A stretch of 64,000 nucleotides of DNA from Candidatus Aldehydirespiratoraceae bacterium. GTDB lineage: Bacteria > Actinomycetota > Acidimicrobiia > Acidimicrobiales > Aldehydirespiratoraceae. Under the pieces are notes generated by a model, which had not been told where the DNA came from, made no database searches, and saw only the letters and a program-made list of their open reading frames with translations. This document shows positions 54,798 to 63,851 of this stretch, piece after piece. A program made the position numbers and the translations under genes. The stretch spans positions 1,347,947 through 1,411,946 of the forward strand of contig OZ241886.1 of assembly GCA_965203375.1 (NCBI GenBank), in the 5' to 3' direction. Numbering within the stretch: position 1 is the stretch's first letter; each line of letters starts with the position of its first letter.

Positions 54798-55320
54798 ACG
54801 GCTCTGGGCCGGATGGCGGGTGCCGGAGATGGTCGCGGCCCGCGCCGGCGGCGGCGAAGGCTCCGCCGATGGGCCGGAGGGCTCGCAGCCGGGCCGGACC
54901 CTGTTCGAGGGCATCCTGGCGTCGGGCCGCCCCGATTCGGAGACCCACTTGGTGTGGCGGGGTGAGAAGGTGTTCGCCTTGCTCAACCGGTTCCCCTATA
55001 CCAACGGCCATCTGCTGGTGGCCCCGTACCGGCCGGTGGCCGACTTGGAGGGACTGGACCTCGCCGAGCGTCGAGAGCTGTGGGACGCCGTACACGACGC
55101 GGCGACGGCGATAAAAGCCGCCTTCGAGCCCGACGGCTTGAACGTCGGGCTGAACCTGGGCGACGGCGCCGGACCCAGCGTGCCCGACCACCTGCACGTA
55201 CACGTGCTGCCCCGCTGGCGAGGCGACACCAACTTCACGACCGCGCTGGCCGACGTGCGGGTGCTGCCCATGACCCTCGCTGACGCCTGGGAGCGGCTGC
55301 GGGCCGCATGGCCGAAATGA
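54790..55320 (+). CDS. HIT-family (histidine triad) protein
   Basis: NGHLLVAP and the histidine triad DHLHVHVLPRW. Confidence 0.9.
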   Translation: MVERLWAGWRVPEMVAARAGGGEGSADGPEGSQPGRTLFEGILASGRPDSETHLVWRGEKVFALLNRFPYTNGHLLVAPYRPVADLEGLDLAERRELWDAVHDAATAIKAAFEPDGLNVGLNLGDGAGPSVPDHLHVHVLPRWRGDTNFTTALADVRVLPMTLADAWERLRAAWPK

Positions 55321-56162
55321 CCCCCGAGCCGGGCGGTCCCGAGCTGGCCGACACGGCACCCGACGGCCTGGTGCCGGGCGGCCCTGGGCCCGGCGGTTCG
55401 GCGCGGAGCGGGTCTGCCCCTGACGGCTTGGCGCGGGGCGGGTCTGCCCCTGACGGCTTGGCGCGGGGCGGGCCTGGGCCCGGCGGTTCGGCAGCAGGCG
55501 GCTCGGACGCTGGGGGGGAGGGCGCCGACGCCCTGCCGTCCGAGCTGATCCCTTCGGGCTTTGACGACTCCTACCGGTTCCCCGACAACAGCCGCCGCCG
55601 CGTCGCCGGCGGGCTGTACGTGGCTCTGGGAGCGGCGGCTGTCATCGCTGCTATCGCCCTCGACGGCTCCGTTCTGGTCAACTCCGGGTTCGTGGCCGGC
55701 GCGGCCGCGCTGATCCTGATCGGGCTCTACTACATCCAGGCCGGGCAGCCCCTCTCGGTGGACGAGGGCGGCGCCCTGGTGGCGGCCGTCCGGGCCGTCG
55801 GCTTCCCGGTGGGGCACGCCTCGGCCCGGCTCGGGTGGCGGGGTCTGAGGAGCCGCCCGACCTGGCGGGTGTTGCTCTACTCCAACGACACCCCGCCCGC
55901 CCGGCGGGGAATCGTGCTGGTGGACGGCCTCGACGGCGGGATCGTCGCCCACTTCACCGAGGACAACCCCGAGGACTGGAGCGACATCATCGAGGACGCC
56001 GCCGCCGGAGACACGGCCGCCGAAGGAGAGATCGCCGAAAGCGCGGTCGCCGAGGGTGTGACTGCCGACGATGACATAGCCGATGGTGTCGGGACCGCTG
56101 AGGGCGTGGCTGCCGATGATGAGGCGGCCGAGGACGGCGGGCGGTCCGACTCCGGGCCCTGA
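55308..56162 (+). CDS. hypothetical membrane protein with repeat-rich N-terminus
   Basis: Two predicted TM helices (GLYVALGAAAVIAAIAL / FVAGAAALILIGLYYI). ATG 55317 (ATGA overlap with the HIT stop) is an alternative start. Confidence 0.55.
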   Translation: MAEMTPEPGGPELADTAPDGLVPGGPGPGGSARSGSAPDGLARGGSAPDGLARGGPGPGGSAAGGSDAGGEGADALPSELIPSGFDDSYRFPDNSRRRVAGGLYVALGAAAVIAAIALDGSVLVNSGFVAGAAALILIGLYYIQAGQPLSVDEGGALVAAVRAVGFPVGHASARLGWRGLRSRPTWRVLLYSNDTPPARRGIVLVDGLDGGIVAHFTEDNPEDWSDIIEDAAAGDTAAEGEIAESAVAEGVTADDDIADGVGTAEGVAADDEAAEDGGRSDSGP

Positions 56163-56218
56163 GGCCGCTGATACGCTGGCCGGGCCGGCGGTCGCGAGCA
56201 CGGATCGGGGGCTGGTGA

Positions 56219-56899
56219 ATGTTCGACGGGAACTGGCGCACCGCCGTCGACCGCAGTTTGCGGCCCATCGGCGCCTCTCTGCGCCGGGCCGGCATCTCGG
56301 CCAACGCGGTGACCGTCACCGGCATCGTCATGGCCACCGTCGCCGCCGTCCTCATCGGCGCCGGCTACACCCGGGCCGGTTTCCTGTTCCTGGTCCTCAC
56401 CGGCATCCCCGACGCTCTCGACGGCGCGGTGGCCAACGCCTCGGGCACCTCGTCCAAGCGGGGCGCCTTCTTCGACTCCGTCTCCGACCGGCTCACCGAC
56501 ACGCTGCTGTTCGGGGGGGTGGCCTGGTATCTGGCCGGCGACTCCGACAGCCGGATCATGATGCTGCCGGTGGCGGTGATGAGCCTGGCCATGCTCGTCT
56601 CCTACCAGCGGGCCAAGGCCGAGTCGCTCGGCTTCGACGCCAAGGGCGGGCTCATGGAGCGGGCCGAGCGGTTCATAGTGCTGGCCTTCGGCCTGCTGTT
56701 CACCGAGCTGCTGATCGCCACTCTGTGGGTGATGCTGGCGCTGACCGCGGTGACCGCCGTGCAGCGGTTCGTGAAGGTGTGGCGCCAGGCCGGCGACCGG
56801 GCCGTGCGGCCCCGGATCCGCCGCCGCCCCCGCCGGGCCCGCACCGAGCCGGTCTGGCGGACCCGGACCCGCGGCCGCGGCGGCGCCCGGGCCTCCTGA
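56219..56899 (+). CDS. pgsA: CDP-alcohol phosphatidyltransferase (phosphatidylinositol-phosphate synthase-like)
   Basis: D-x2-DG-x2-A...G-x3-D-x3-D motif (PDALDGAVANASGTSSKRGAFFDSVSDRLTD). Synteny with thrS/HIT/acyltransferase/pimA as in mycobacteria. Confidence 0.85.
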   Translation: MFDGNWRTAVDRSLRPIGASLRRAGISANAVTVTGIVMATVAAVLIGAGYTRAGFLFLVLTGIPDALDGAVANASGTSSKRGAFFDSVSDRLTDTLLFGGVAWYLAGDSDSRIMMLPVAVMSLAMLVSYQRAKAESLGFDAKGGLMERAERFIVLAFGLLFTELLIATLWVMLALTAVTAVQRFVKVWRQAGDRAVRPRIRRRPRRARTEPVWRTRTRGRGGARAS

Positions 56900-56915
56900 A
56901 CGCCATCCGTTCCTG

Positions 56916-57959
56916 ATGGCGTCGGTCTCGGCCTACCGGGCCGGGTCCCGGCTGGCCCGCCTGGTGCCCCGGCGGCTGAACCCGGCCGCGGCCGGCGCGG
57001 CCGGACTGGTCGCCGCGGTCGCCAGCGGCGACAAGCGCAAGCTGGTGCGCCGCAATCTCGAGCGGGTCCTCGGCCGGCCGATGGGGCGGGCCGATGCCTG
57101 CCGCCGGGTGTCCGCCGCCTTCGGCTGGTACGCCCGCTACTACATCGAGAGCTTCCAGCTCGCCGGCCTCGACGCCGCCGCCATCGACGCCGGGCTGACC
57201 TACGAGGGGTACGAGCCGGTGGAGCGGGCGGCGCGGTCCGGGCTGGGGCCGATCCTGGTCATGCCCCATCTCGGCTCCTGGGAGTGGGGGGCGTGGTGGC
57301 TGGCCCTGGTGCCTCAGATGAAGGTGACGGCCGTGGTCGAGCCGCTCGACCCGCCCGAGGTCTTCGAGTGGTTCATGTCGTTCCGGGAGCGGCTGGGCAT
57401 GAACGTCGTTCCTCTGGGGCCCGACGCGGGCCGCCAGGTGATGGCCGCGGTCCGCCGGGGCGATGTGGTGTGCCTGCTGTCGGACCGGGACGTCGGCGGG
57501 GGAGGGGCGCCGGTGGAGTTCTTCGGGGAGCGGACCCGGCTGCCGGCCGGCCCGGCCCTGATGGCTCTGAGAACCGGGGCGCCGCTGCTGCCCGCCGCCG
57601 TCTACTGGAGGGGCCGCGGCCGCCACGGCGTGGTGAGGCCCGCCATCGACACCCGGCGCCGGGGCTCGATCCGCGATGACGTGGCCCGGGTGACGCAGGA
57701 CTGCGCCCGGGCCCTGGAGGGCCTGATCCGGGCCGCGCCCGAGCAGTGGCACCTGATGTCGCCCAACTGGCCCAGCGACTACCGGGCCCTCGGCCTGCCG
57801 GTGCCCGAGGGCCTAAAAGACCTGGGCGGGCGAGACCTGGGCGGGGATCGGGGGGCCTCCGGCGCCGGGCCGCCCGCGCCGGGGTTCGCCGGGCCAGATG
57901 CCTCCGGCGCCGGGCCGCCCGCGCCGGGGTTCGCCGGGCTCCGGGGCTCGGCGTCCTAG
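56916..57959 (+). CDS. lipid A-biosynthesis-type (LpxL/HtrB family) acyltransferase, PIM acyltransferase-like
   Basis: Family-typical HLGSWE motif, and position between pgsA and pimA. The C-terminus carries a 45-bp duplication. Confidence 0.8.
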   Translation: MASVSAYRAGSRLARLVPRRLNPAAAGAAGLVAAVASGDKRKLVRRNLERVLGRPMGRADACRRVSAAFGWYARYYIESFQLAGLDAAAIDAGLTYEGYEPVERAARSGLGPILVMPHLGSWEWGAWWLALVPQMKVTAVVEPLDPPEVFEWFMSFRERLGMNVVPLGPDAGRQVMAAVRRGDVVCLLSDRDVGGGGAPVEFFGERTRLPAGPALMALRTGAPLLPAAVYWRGRGRHGVVRPAIDTRRRGSIRDDVARVTQDCARALEGLIRAAPEQWHLMSPNWPSDYRALGLPVPEGLKDLGGRDLGGDRGASGAGPPAPGFAGPDASGAGPPAPGFAGLRGSAS

Positions 57960-57968
57960 CCTCATACG

Positions 57969-59048
57969 GTGCGGATCGGCATCGTCTGCCCCTACAGCCT
58001 CACCGTCCCCGGCGGGGTCCAGACCCAGGTGCTGGCCCTGGCTCGGGCCCTGCGGAGCAAGGGCTACGCCACCCGGGTGCTGGGGCCGTGCGACGGCCCT
58101 CCCCCCGATCCGGGCGTGACCGCGCTGGGGGCCAGCATTCCGGCCATCTCCAACGGCTCCATCGCCCCGGTCGCCCCCGACCCGTCCTGTCAGCTCCGGC
58201 TGATCCGGGCGCTGCGGGACGAGGACTTCGATGTGATCCACCTCCACGAGCCGCTGGCCCCCGGCCCCACCATGACCGCCCTGTTCACCAAGCCCGCCCC
58301 CCTCATCGGCACCTTCCACGCCGCGGGCCGGTCCCTGGCCTATGAGTGGCTGCCCGCGCCCACCCGGTTCCTGGCCCGAAGGCTCGACGACCGGGTCGCG
58401 GTCTCGCCCGCGGCCCGCGACATGGCCCAGGGCGCCCTCGGGGGCGTCTACACCCTGGCCTTCAACGGCATTGAGCTGAGCCGCTACCGCCGGGCCCTCG
58501 GGGTCCCGGCCGCCGACCCGACCATCGTGTTCATCGGCCGCCACGAGCCCCGCAAGGGGCTGGAGGTGCTGCTGGAGGCCCTCAACGAGCTGCCGGGCTC
58601 GGTTCGGCTCTGGATCGCCGGCGAAGGGCCCGAGACGGCCCGGCTGCAGGCCCGCTCCGCCGGCGATCCCAGGGTGGAGTGGCTGGGCGTCGTCACCGAC
58701 ACCGAGAAGATCGCCCGGATCGCCGGCGCCCACGTGTTCTGCGCGCCGTCGCTGCACGGCGAGTCCTTCGGCGTGGTGCTGCTCGAGGCCATGGCCGCGG
58801 GCACGCCGGTGGTGGCCAGCGACCTGCCTGGCTACCGCAACGTGGCCCGCCCCGACCGCGACGCCCTGCTGGTGCCGCCGGGCGACGCCGGGGCTCTGGC
58901 CGACGCCATAAGGCTGACTCTCGGCGACGCCGAGGGCACCGCGGCCCGGGTGGCCGCCGGCCACGACCGGGCCGAGCAGTTCTCGATGTCCCGCCTAGCC
59001 GATCTGTACCTGGACCGCTACCAGCGAATCGCCCGCCCCCTCCGCTAG
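57969..59048 (+). CDS. pimA: GT4 glycosyltransferase, phosphatidyl-myo-inositol mannosyltransferase-like
   Basis: MRIGIVCPYSLTVPGGVQTQV N-terminus, EPRKG, and ESFGVVLLEAMAAGTPVV (GT4 E-x7-E region). Conserved synteny. Confidence 0.85.
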   Translation: MRIGIVCPYSLTVPGGVQTQVLALARALRSKGYATRVLGPCDGPPPDPGVTALGASIPAISNGSIAPVAPDPSCQLRLIRALRDEDFDVIHLHEPLAPGPTMTALFTKPAPLIGTFHAAGRSLAYEWLPAPTRFLARRLDDRVAVSPAARDMAQGALGGVYTLAFNGIELSRYRRALGVPAADPTIVFIGRHEPRKGLEVLLEALNELPGSVRLWIAGEGPETARLQARSAGDPRVEWLGVVTDTEKIARIAGAHVFCAPSLHGESFGVVLLEAMAAGTPVVASDLPGYRNVARPDRDALLVPPGDAGALADAIRLTLGDAEGTAARVAAGHDRAEQFSMSRLADLYLDRYQRIARPLR

Positions 59049-59195
59049 GCCCAGGAGGCGAGAGTGCCGCCGCAGTCGAGAGCCTTGTCCTCACACCCTC
59101 CACTAAGCCCGAGGGGCGGACAGGTACGCTGGATTGAGGCTGGCCGCCGTTGGTCGGCCATGGTGGTGATGCTGCAATGATCTTCGCTAGAGACC

Positions 59196-59909
59196 GTGAG
59201 TGAATTTCTCTCGTGGCTGATCGCTGGGGTTCTCCCCGGGCTATGTGTGAGTGCTGCGGCGTGGGCTGCGAGCGGCTTCTATACGCGGCTTTCATCTCGT
59301 CGGCGGTGGCGATTGGAAACACCTAGCGAAGTTAGCATCTGTTTGTCGGTATCTCCACCCGTTGACACCGGAGCTTATTTGCGACCGGCTACGGGAATCG
59401 GACAGGCTAAAGCGCTTGCCATCATTGCACCATCGTTGGTAAGAGCGTGGCGTTCCATTGATATACAAAACATTTTCTTCTCCGATGATCTACCCGGTCA
59501 CAACTATGAAGCCGATCTGATTCTCATCGGGGGACCTAAAACTAACGCTGTCACCGCGCGGGCGCTTGAGGAACTTGGCATGTCATTAGGAGTCACACAG
59601 AAGGATTCACAGATCATAACAGACAAGCAAATCTTTGAAGGGCACACTAGCTCAAAGTCATCAGAGTCCAATATTGTTCAGACGGACTATGGTCTGATAG
59701 TCAGAGCGCAGAATCCATTTCGTAAGAGCCGACAGCTTATCATTCTATCCGGCTCTCATACTTATGGTACGGTTGGTGCAGCTAGATTTATTGTAGAAGA
59801 TAAATCTATGATGAAAAATGCTAATGAGGTTGCTGTCATAGTGGAGACCAGAGTTGAGCGTGGACATGCGTTAAGACCACAGCTAGTATGGAGCAGCCAT
59901 GGCTCCTAG
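59196..59909 (+). CDS. membrane-anchored hypothetical protein with alpha/beta (Rossmann-like?) domain
   Basis: N-terminal TM helix (WLIAGVLPGLCVSAAAWAASGF). Beta-strand/loop patterns DLILIGGPKTNAVT, DYGLIVRAQNPF and LIILSGSHTYGTVGAARF. Low G+C. 11-nt overlap with the next gene. Confidence 0.6.
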   Translation: MSEFLSWLIAGVLPGLCVSAAAWAASGFYTRLSSRRRWRLETPSEVSICLSVSPPVDTGAYLRPATGIGQAKALAIIAPSLVRAWRSIDIQNIFFSDDLPGHNYEADLILIGGPKTNAVTARALEELGMSLGVTQKDSQIITDKQIFEGHTSSKSSESNIVQTDYGLIVRAQNPFRKSRQLIILSGSHTYGTVGAARFIVEDKSMMKNANEVAVIVETRVERGHALRPQLVWSSHGS

Positions 59910-60693
59910 AGTGATCGAAAAGCTTAGCGTCCCTAAGACGGGCGATGATAGTCTCAATGAAGATGCTTATATGATAACGGACACTATTGTGGCGGTATTT
60001 GATGGGGAGACAGATAAACGTGAAGGTATACGGATTGATCCTTCTCCCGGGAGAATTGCTGCGTGCGTCTTGGCTGAGGCAGCAGTTGAGATACCGGGTG
60101 AATGCGATCCAACTATAGCAGTAAAATCTCTTTGTGAGGCTATAGCATCTGTGTCAACTCCAGATGTAGAACCGGTTGCTGTAGGTGCTATCTTAAATCT
60201 AAGTTCTCGTTACTTAATTCGTGTAGGTGATATCTCTATAGGTATCAATGGGATTTTCCATTTCTCACACAAACGAATTGATGAAATTGCAGGGCAAGCT
60301 CGCGCAGCATTGCTCATATCTGAATTGCGTGCCGGTGCAACTATGGATTACCTTAGATCCACTGACCCTGGCAGAGAGATGATCTTGCCGCTTCTTCGTG
60401 CCGCCAACAAGTGGCGCAACCAATCTGATTCTGAGTTCGGATTTGGCGCATTCGACGGTAGGGATATACCTATTGAGTTCATTGATGTATTTGAAATACC
60501 ATCTGGAAGTGATGTAATTTTGGCATCCGACGGTTATGACAATCCTCGGCCGACACTATCAGAGAGTGAAAAACTGTTAGCCGAATCGATTAAGCGTGAC
60601 CCACTACGACTAGGCCCGCCGCCGGGAACCAAAGGTGTGCATGTTGATAATTGCAGCTTCGACGACCGCACTTATGTTCGTGTCAAGCTTTAG
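59899..60693 (+). CDS. PP2C-like (PPM family) phosphatase domain protein
   Basis: NEDAY...VAVFDG, ILASDGY and C-terminal DDRTYVRV match the spacing of PP2C metal-binding Asp motifs. Low G+C. Confidence 0.55.
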   Translation: MAPRVIEKLSVPKTGDDSLNEDAYMITDTIVAVFDGETDKREGIRIDPSPGRIAACVLAEAAVEIPGECDPTIAVKSLCEAIASVSTPDVEPVAVGAILNLSSRYLIRVGDISIGINGIFHFSHKRIDEIAGQARAALLISELRAGATMDYLRSTDPGREMILPLLRAANKWRNQSDSEFGFGAFDGRDIPIEFIDVFEIPSGSDVILASDGYDNPRPTLSESEKLLAESIKRDPLRLGPPPGTKGVHVDNCSFDDRTYVRVKL

Positions 60694-60745
60694 GAGCGGC
60701 CTCAGCCGCATTGGCTCACGACTTACGGTCGGGGCGGGCTGAGCT

Positions 60746-61492
60746 GTGTCTAGGGTCGGTTCGTTCGTGGTTGTTGGGGTGCCCGGGGTTGTCTCCGGGG
60801 CGGTGGTGGCCGCCGCCGCGGCGGTGGCGGGGGTTCCGGTCTTGCTGGCCGTGGCCGCCGGTTTGGCGGTGGCGGCCGGGGTGGCGGTCTGGTTGTGGTG
60901 CCGGTCCACGGGGGCGGCCCTTAGGGTGCTGGGCGCCTCGCCGGACGGCGGTCGGGGGGGACCCCCCCGCCTGGCCAACGTCGTGGAGAACCTGTGCGCC
61001 GTTCACGGCTTGGCCGAGCCCGAGCTCCATGTGACCGAGCCGGACGTCCCCAACGCGGCCGTGGCCGGGCGGCGGTCGGGCTCGCACTTGGTGGTGACCC
61101 GGGGCCTGCTCGAAACCCTCGACCGGCTGGAGCTGGAGGCCGTGGTGGCCCGGGAACTGTGCCAGATCAGGCGGGGGGTGAGGGGCGCCACCGTGCTGGC
61201 CGGCGTGGCCGGGCTGCTGGGCTCCGGGCCGGCGGCCGGGTGGGTCGTGAGCCGCCTGTTCGATCCCCGGCACGTGATCGACGACGACCTCGAGGCCATA
61301 AAGCTGACCCGCTACCCGCCCGCGCTGTCCTCGGCTCTGACCAAGGTCGCCGAGGGGGGCCGGGGTGAGGGCTCGGGCGGGTTGGCCCCCGCCGGCCGTC
61401 ATCTCTGGGTGGTGGAGCCGCCGGTCCGGCCCGGGACGGCGACGGTCCAGCCGCCGGTGCCGCTGCGGGTGGCCGCGCTCGAAGAGATCTGA
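60746..61492 (+). CDS. M48 (HtpX-like) peptidase homolog with degenerate active site
   Basis: N-terminal TM segments. PNAAVAGR...HLVVTRGLL...LEAVVARELCQIRRG aligns to the M48 ...NAFA.G...I.vt.gLl...l.aVlAHElgHi... block, but HExxH is replaced by RELCQ. Confidence 0.55.
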   Translation: MSRVGSFVVVGVPGVVSGAVVAAAAAVAGVPVLLAVAAGLAVAAGVAVWLWCRSTGAALRVLGASPDGGRGGPPRLANVVENLCAVHGLAEPELHVTEPDVPNAAVAGRRSGSHLVVTRGLLETLDRLELEAVVARELCQIRRGVRGATVLAGVAGLLGSGPAAGWVVSRLFDPRHVIDDDLEAIKLTRYPPALSSALTKVAEGGRGEGSGGLAPAGRHLWVVEPPVRPGTATVQPPVPLRVAALEEI

Positions 61493-61507
61493 CCGGGAGG
61501 TGTTCCG

Positions 61508-62854
61508 ATGAGAGGCTCGAAGAGACCAACGCAGGGCTCTCCGACAAGGGGCTTGATGAGGCCAGCTCAGGGCTCTCCGACAAGGTCGATGAGGCCGACG
61601 CGAGGCTCTCCGGTGAGGCGATCTGGTCGGACCTTGGCCGCGGCGGTCGCCGCCCTGGGCCTAGCGGCCGCGGCCTGTTCGGGCGATCCAGAGGCCGAGG
61701 CCGAGACCCCGGCCGAGTCGGCGCCGACCACCGAGCCGGCCCCGACGCAGGCGCCGACTACCTCGGCCCCCGAAGCCCCCCCCACCACCGTCGATCTGAA
61801 GTTCGGCGAGGACGAAAACCAGCCGATCGAGGAGATTTCCGAGCCGGGCGAGATCACCGCCCCCCTCACCGGCGAGCCCCTCGAGGACGAGGCGCTGCCC
61901 CAGCAGCGGGCGGTGGCGGTGAAGGTGGGCAACAACGAAGCCCGGTCCCGGCCCCAGACCGGGCTGGCCGAGGCCGACGTCGTCTACGAAGAGCTGGTCG
62001 AGAACTTCAAGACCCGGTTCTTGGCCGTGTTCCACACCGACGTCCCCGACTTGATCGGCCCGGTGCGGTCGGGCCGGACCGGCGACATCGGCCTGCTCAC
62101 CGACCTGGGCGCCCCCTACATCGTCTACTCCGGGGCCAACTCGGCGGTGGAGCGGGAGCTGTCCCGGTCCGAGAGGGCCGGCGAATCCGTCCGGGTGGGG
62201 GCGTCCATGATGGCCGCGCCCTTCGAGCGGGACCCCGGCCGGGAGGCGCCGTTCAACCTCTACTTCAACTTCGAGAATCTCGAGGCCCGGGTCGGCGCCG
62301 GCGCCCCGGTCCCGGTCGTGGAGGGGCTGTTCGAGTACGGCGTCACCCCGTCCCGCGGCCTCGACGGCGTGTCCGGCGTCACCGTCTCGTACCCGCGCCG
62401 CAACGGCCGGTCCTCCACCCACGTCTGGGACGGCGAGATTGGGGGGTGGGTCAGAATCCAGGACGGCACCCTCCACACGACGGTGAAGGACGGGGCCGAA
62501 GTGGAGATCGCCCCGGCCAACGTGGTGGTGGTCCGGGTCGACTACGTCCGCTCCTCCGCCGACTCCATATCGCCCCATGCCGTCCCCTACGGCCGGGGGC
62601 GGGCCTGGGTGCTCACCCGGGGCGCGGTCCACGAGACCACCTGGGAGCGCCTGGAGGGCATCGCCGGGTTCCGGTTCTACGACGACGCCGGGGACTCCGT
62701 GACCCTGGCCCCCGGCCCGACCTGGGTGCTGCTGGCCAACCGCAGCGGCCCCTTCACCGTCTCCGAGGTGGAGCTGCTGGCCGCGGCCGACGCCCGCAGC
62801 CTGCTGAATGCGGCCCGGGCCCTCCACCAGGCCCGGGCCGCCGCGTCCGGGTGA
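61508..62854 (+). CDS. DUF3048-domain lipoprotein
   Basis: Lipobox LGLAAAAC, Pro/Thr/Ala linker, then PLTGEPL...[32 protein letters not shown], typical of DUF3048 (YerB-like). Three in-frame ATGs (61508, 61556, 61589) lie in a start-region tandem repeat. Confidence 0.75.
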   Translation: MRGSKRPTQGSPTRGLMRPAQGSPTRSMRPTRGSPVRRSGRTLAAAVAALGLAAAACSGDPEAEAETPAESAPTTEPAPTQAPTTSAPEAPPTTVDLKFGEDENQPIEEISEPGEITAPLTGEPLEDEALPQQRAVAVKVGNNEARSRPQTGLAEADVVYEELVENFKTRFLAVFHTDVPDLIGPVRSGRTGDIGLLTDLGAPYIVYSGANSAVERELSRSERAGESVRVGASMMAAPFERDPGREAPFNLYFNFENLEARVGAGAPVPVVEGLFEYGVTPSRGLDGVSGVTVSYPRRNGRSSTHVWDGEIGGWVRIQDGTLHTTVKDGAEVEIAPANVVVVRVDYVRSSADSISPHAVPYGRGRAWVLTRGAVHETTWERLEGIAGFRFYDDAGDSVTLAPGPTWVLLANRSGPFTVSEVELLAAADARSLLNAARALHQARAAASG

Positions 62855-62936
62855 GCCCTTGGACGGCGCCCGGCATCCGCCCGGCGGGAGCGAAAGGGGC
62901 TGCGGAAGGGGCGGCAGGCCGTTCTAGGATGGCGCG

Positions 62937-63851
62937 GTGACCGAGAACCCGTCGCCGGGGGCCGCCCCGGGTGCCCGCTCAACCGGCACTCCGCTGGTCA
63001 AGCGGGGCTTGGCCGAGATGCTCAAGGGCGGCGTCATCATGGACGTCGTCACCCCCGAGCAGGCCCGGATCGCCGAGGACGCCGGAGCCGTCTCGGTCAT
63101 GGCCCTGGAGCGGGTCCCCGCCGACATCCGCCGGGACGGCGGCGTGGCCCGCATGACCGACCCCGAGGCCATCCGGTCCATCCAGGCCGCGGTGAGCATC
63201 CCGGTCATGGCCAAGGCCCGGATCGGCCACTTCGCCGAGGCCCAGGTGCTGGAGGCCCTCGGGGTGGACTACATTGACGAGTCGGAGGTGCTCACCCCCG
63301 CGGACGAGGCCCACCACATCGACAAGTGGGCCTTCACCGTCCCCTTCGTGTGCGGCGCCACCAACCTGGGGGAGGCCCTGCGCCGGATCAGCGAGGGGGC
63401 CTGCATGATCCGCTCCAAGGGCGAGGCCGGGACCGGCAACGTGGTGGAGGCGGTCCGCCATCTGCGCGCCATCGTCGGCGACATCAAGAAGATCACCCGG
63501 GCCGACCCGGCCGAGCTCTTCGACTGGGCCAAGCGGCTCCAGGCCCCCCTGCCGCTGGTTCAGGAGATCGCCGCGGCCGGCGCCCTGCCCGTGCCGCTGT
63601 TCTGCGCCGGCGGGATCGCCACCCCCGCCGACGCCTCGCTGGTGATGCAGCTCGGCGCCCAGTCCGTGTTCGTCGGCTCGGGCATATTCAAGAGCGAGGC
63701 CCCGGCCCGGATGGCGTCGGCCGTCGTGGAGGCGGTCGCCAACTACCGGGACCCCGAGATCGTCCTGAAGGTGAGCGCTGGCCTGGGCCCGGCCATGAAG
63801 GGGCTGGAGACGGCGACGCTCGACACCAAGCTGGCCGAACGGGGTTGGTAG
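62937..63851 (+). CDS. pdxS: pyridoxal 5'-phosphate synthase lyase subunit PdxS
   Basis: [36 protein letters not shown] and GGIATPADA are highly conserved PdxS blocks. Confidence 0.95.
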   Translation: MTENPSPGAAPGARSTGTPLVKRGLAEMLKGGVIMDVVTPEQARIAEDAGAVSVMALERVPADIRRDGGVARMTDPEAIRSIQAAVSIPVMAKARIGHFAEAQVLEALGVDYIDESEVLTPADEAHHIDKWAFTVPFVCGATNLGEALRRISEGACMIRSKGEAGTGNVVEAVRHLRAIVGDIKKITRADPAELFDWAKRLQAPLPLVQEIAAAGALPVPLFCAGGIATPADASLVMQLGAQSVFVGSGIFKSEAPARMASAVVEAVANYRDPEIVLKVSAGLGPAMKGLETATLDTKLAERGW

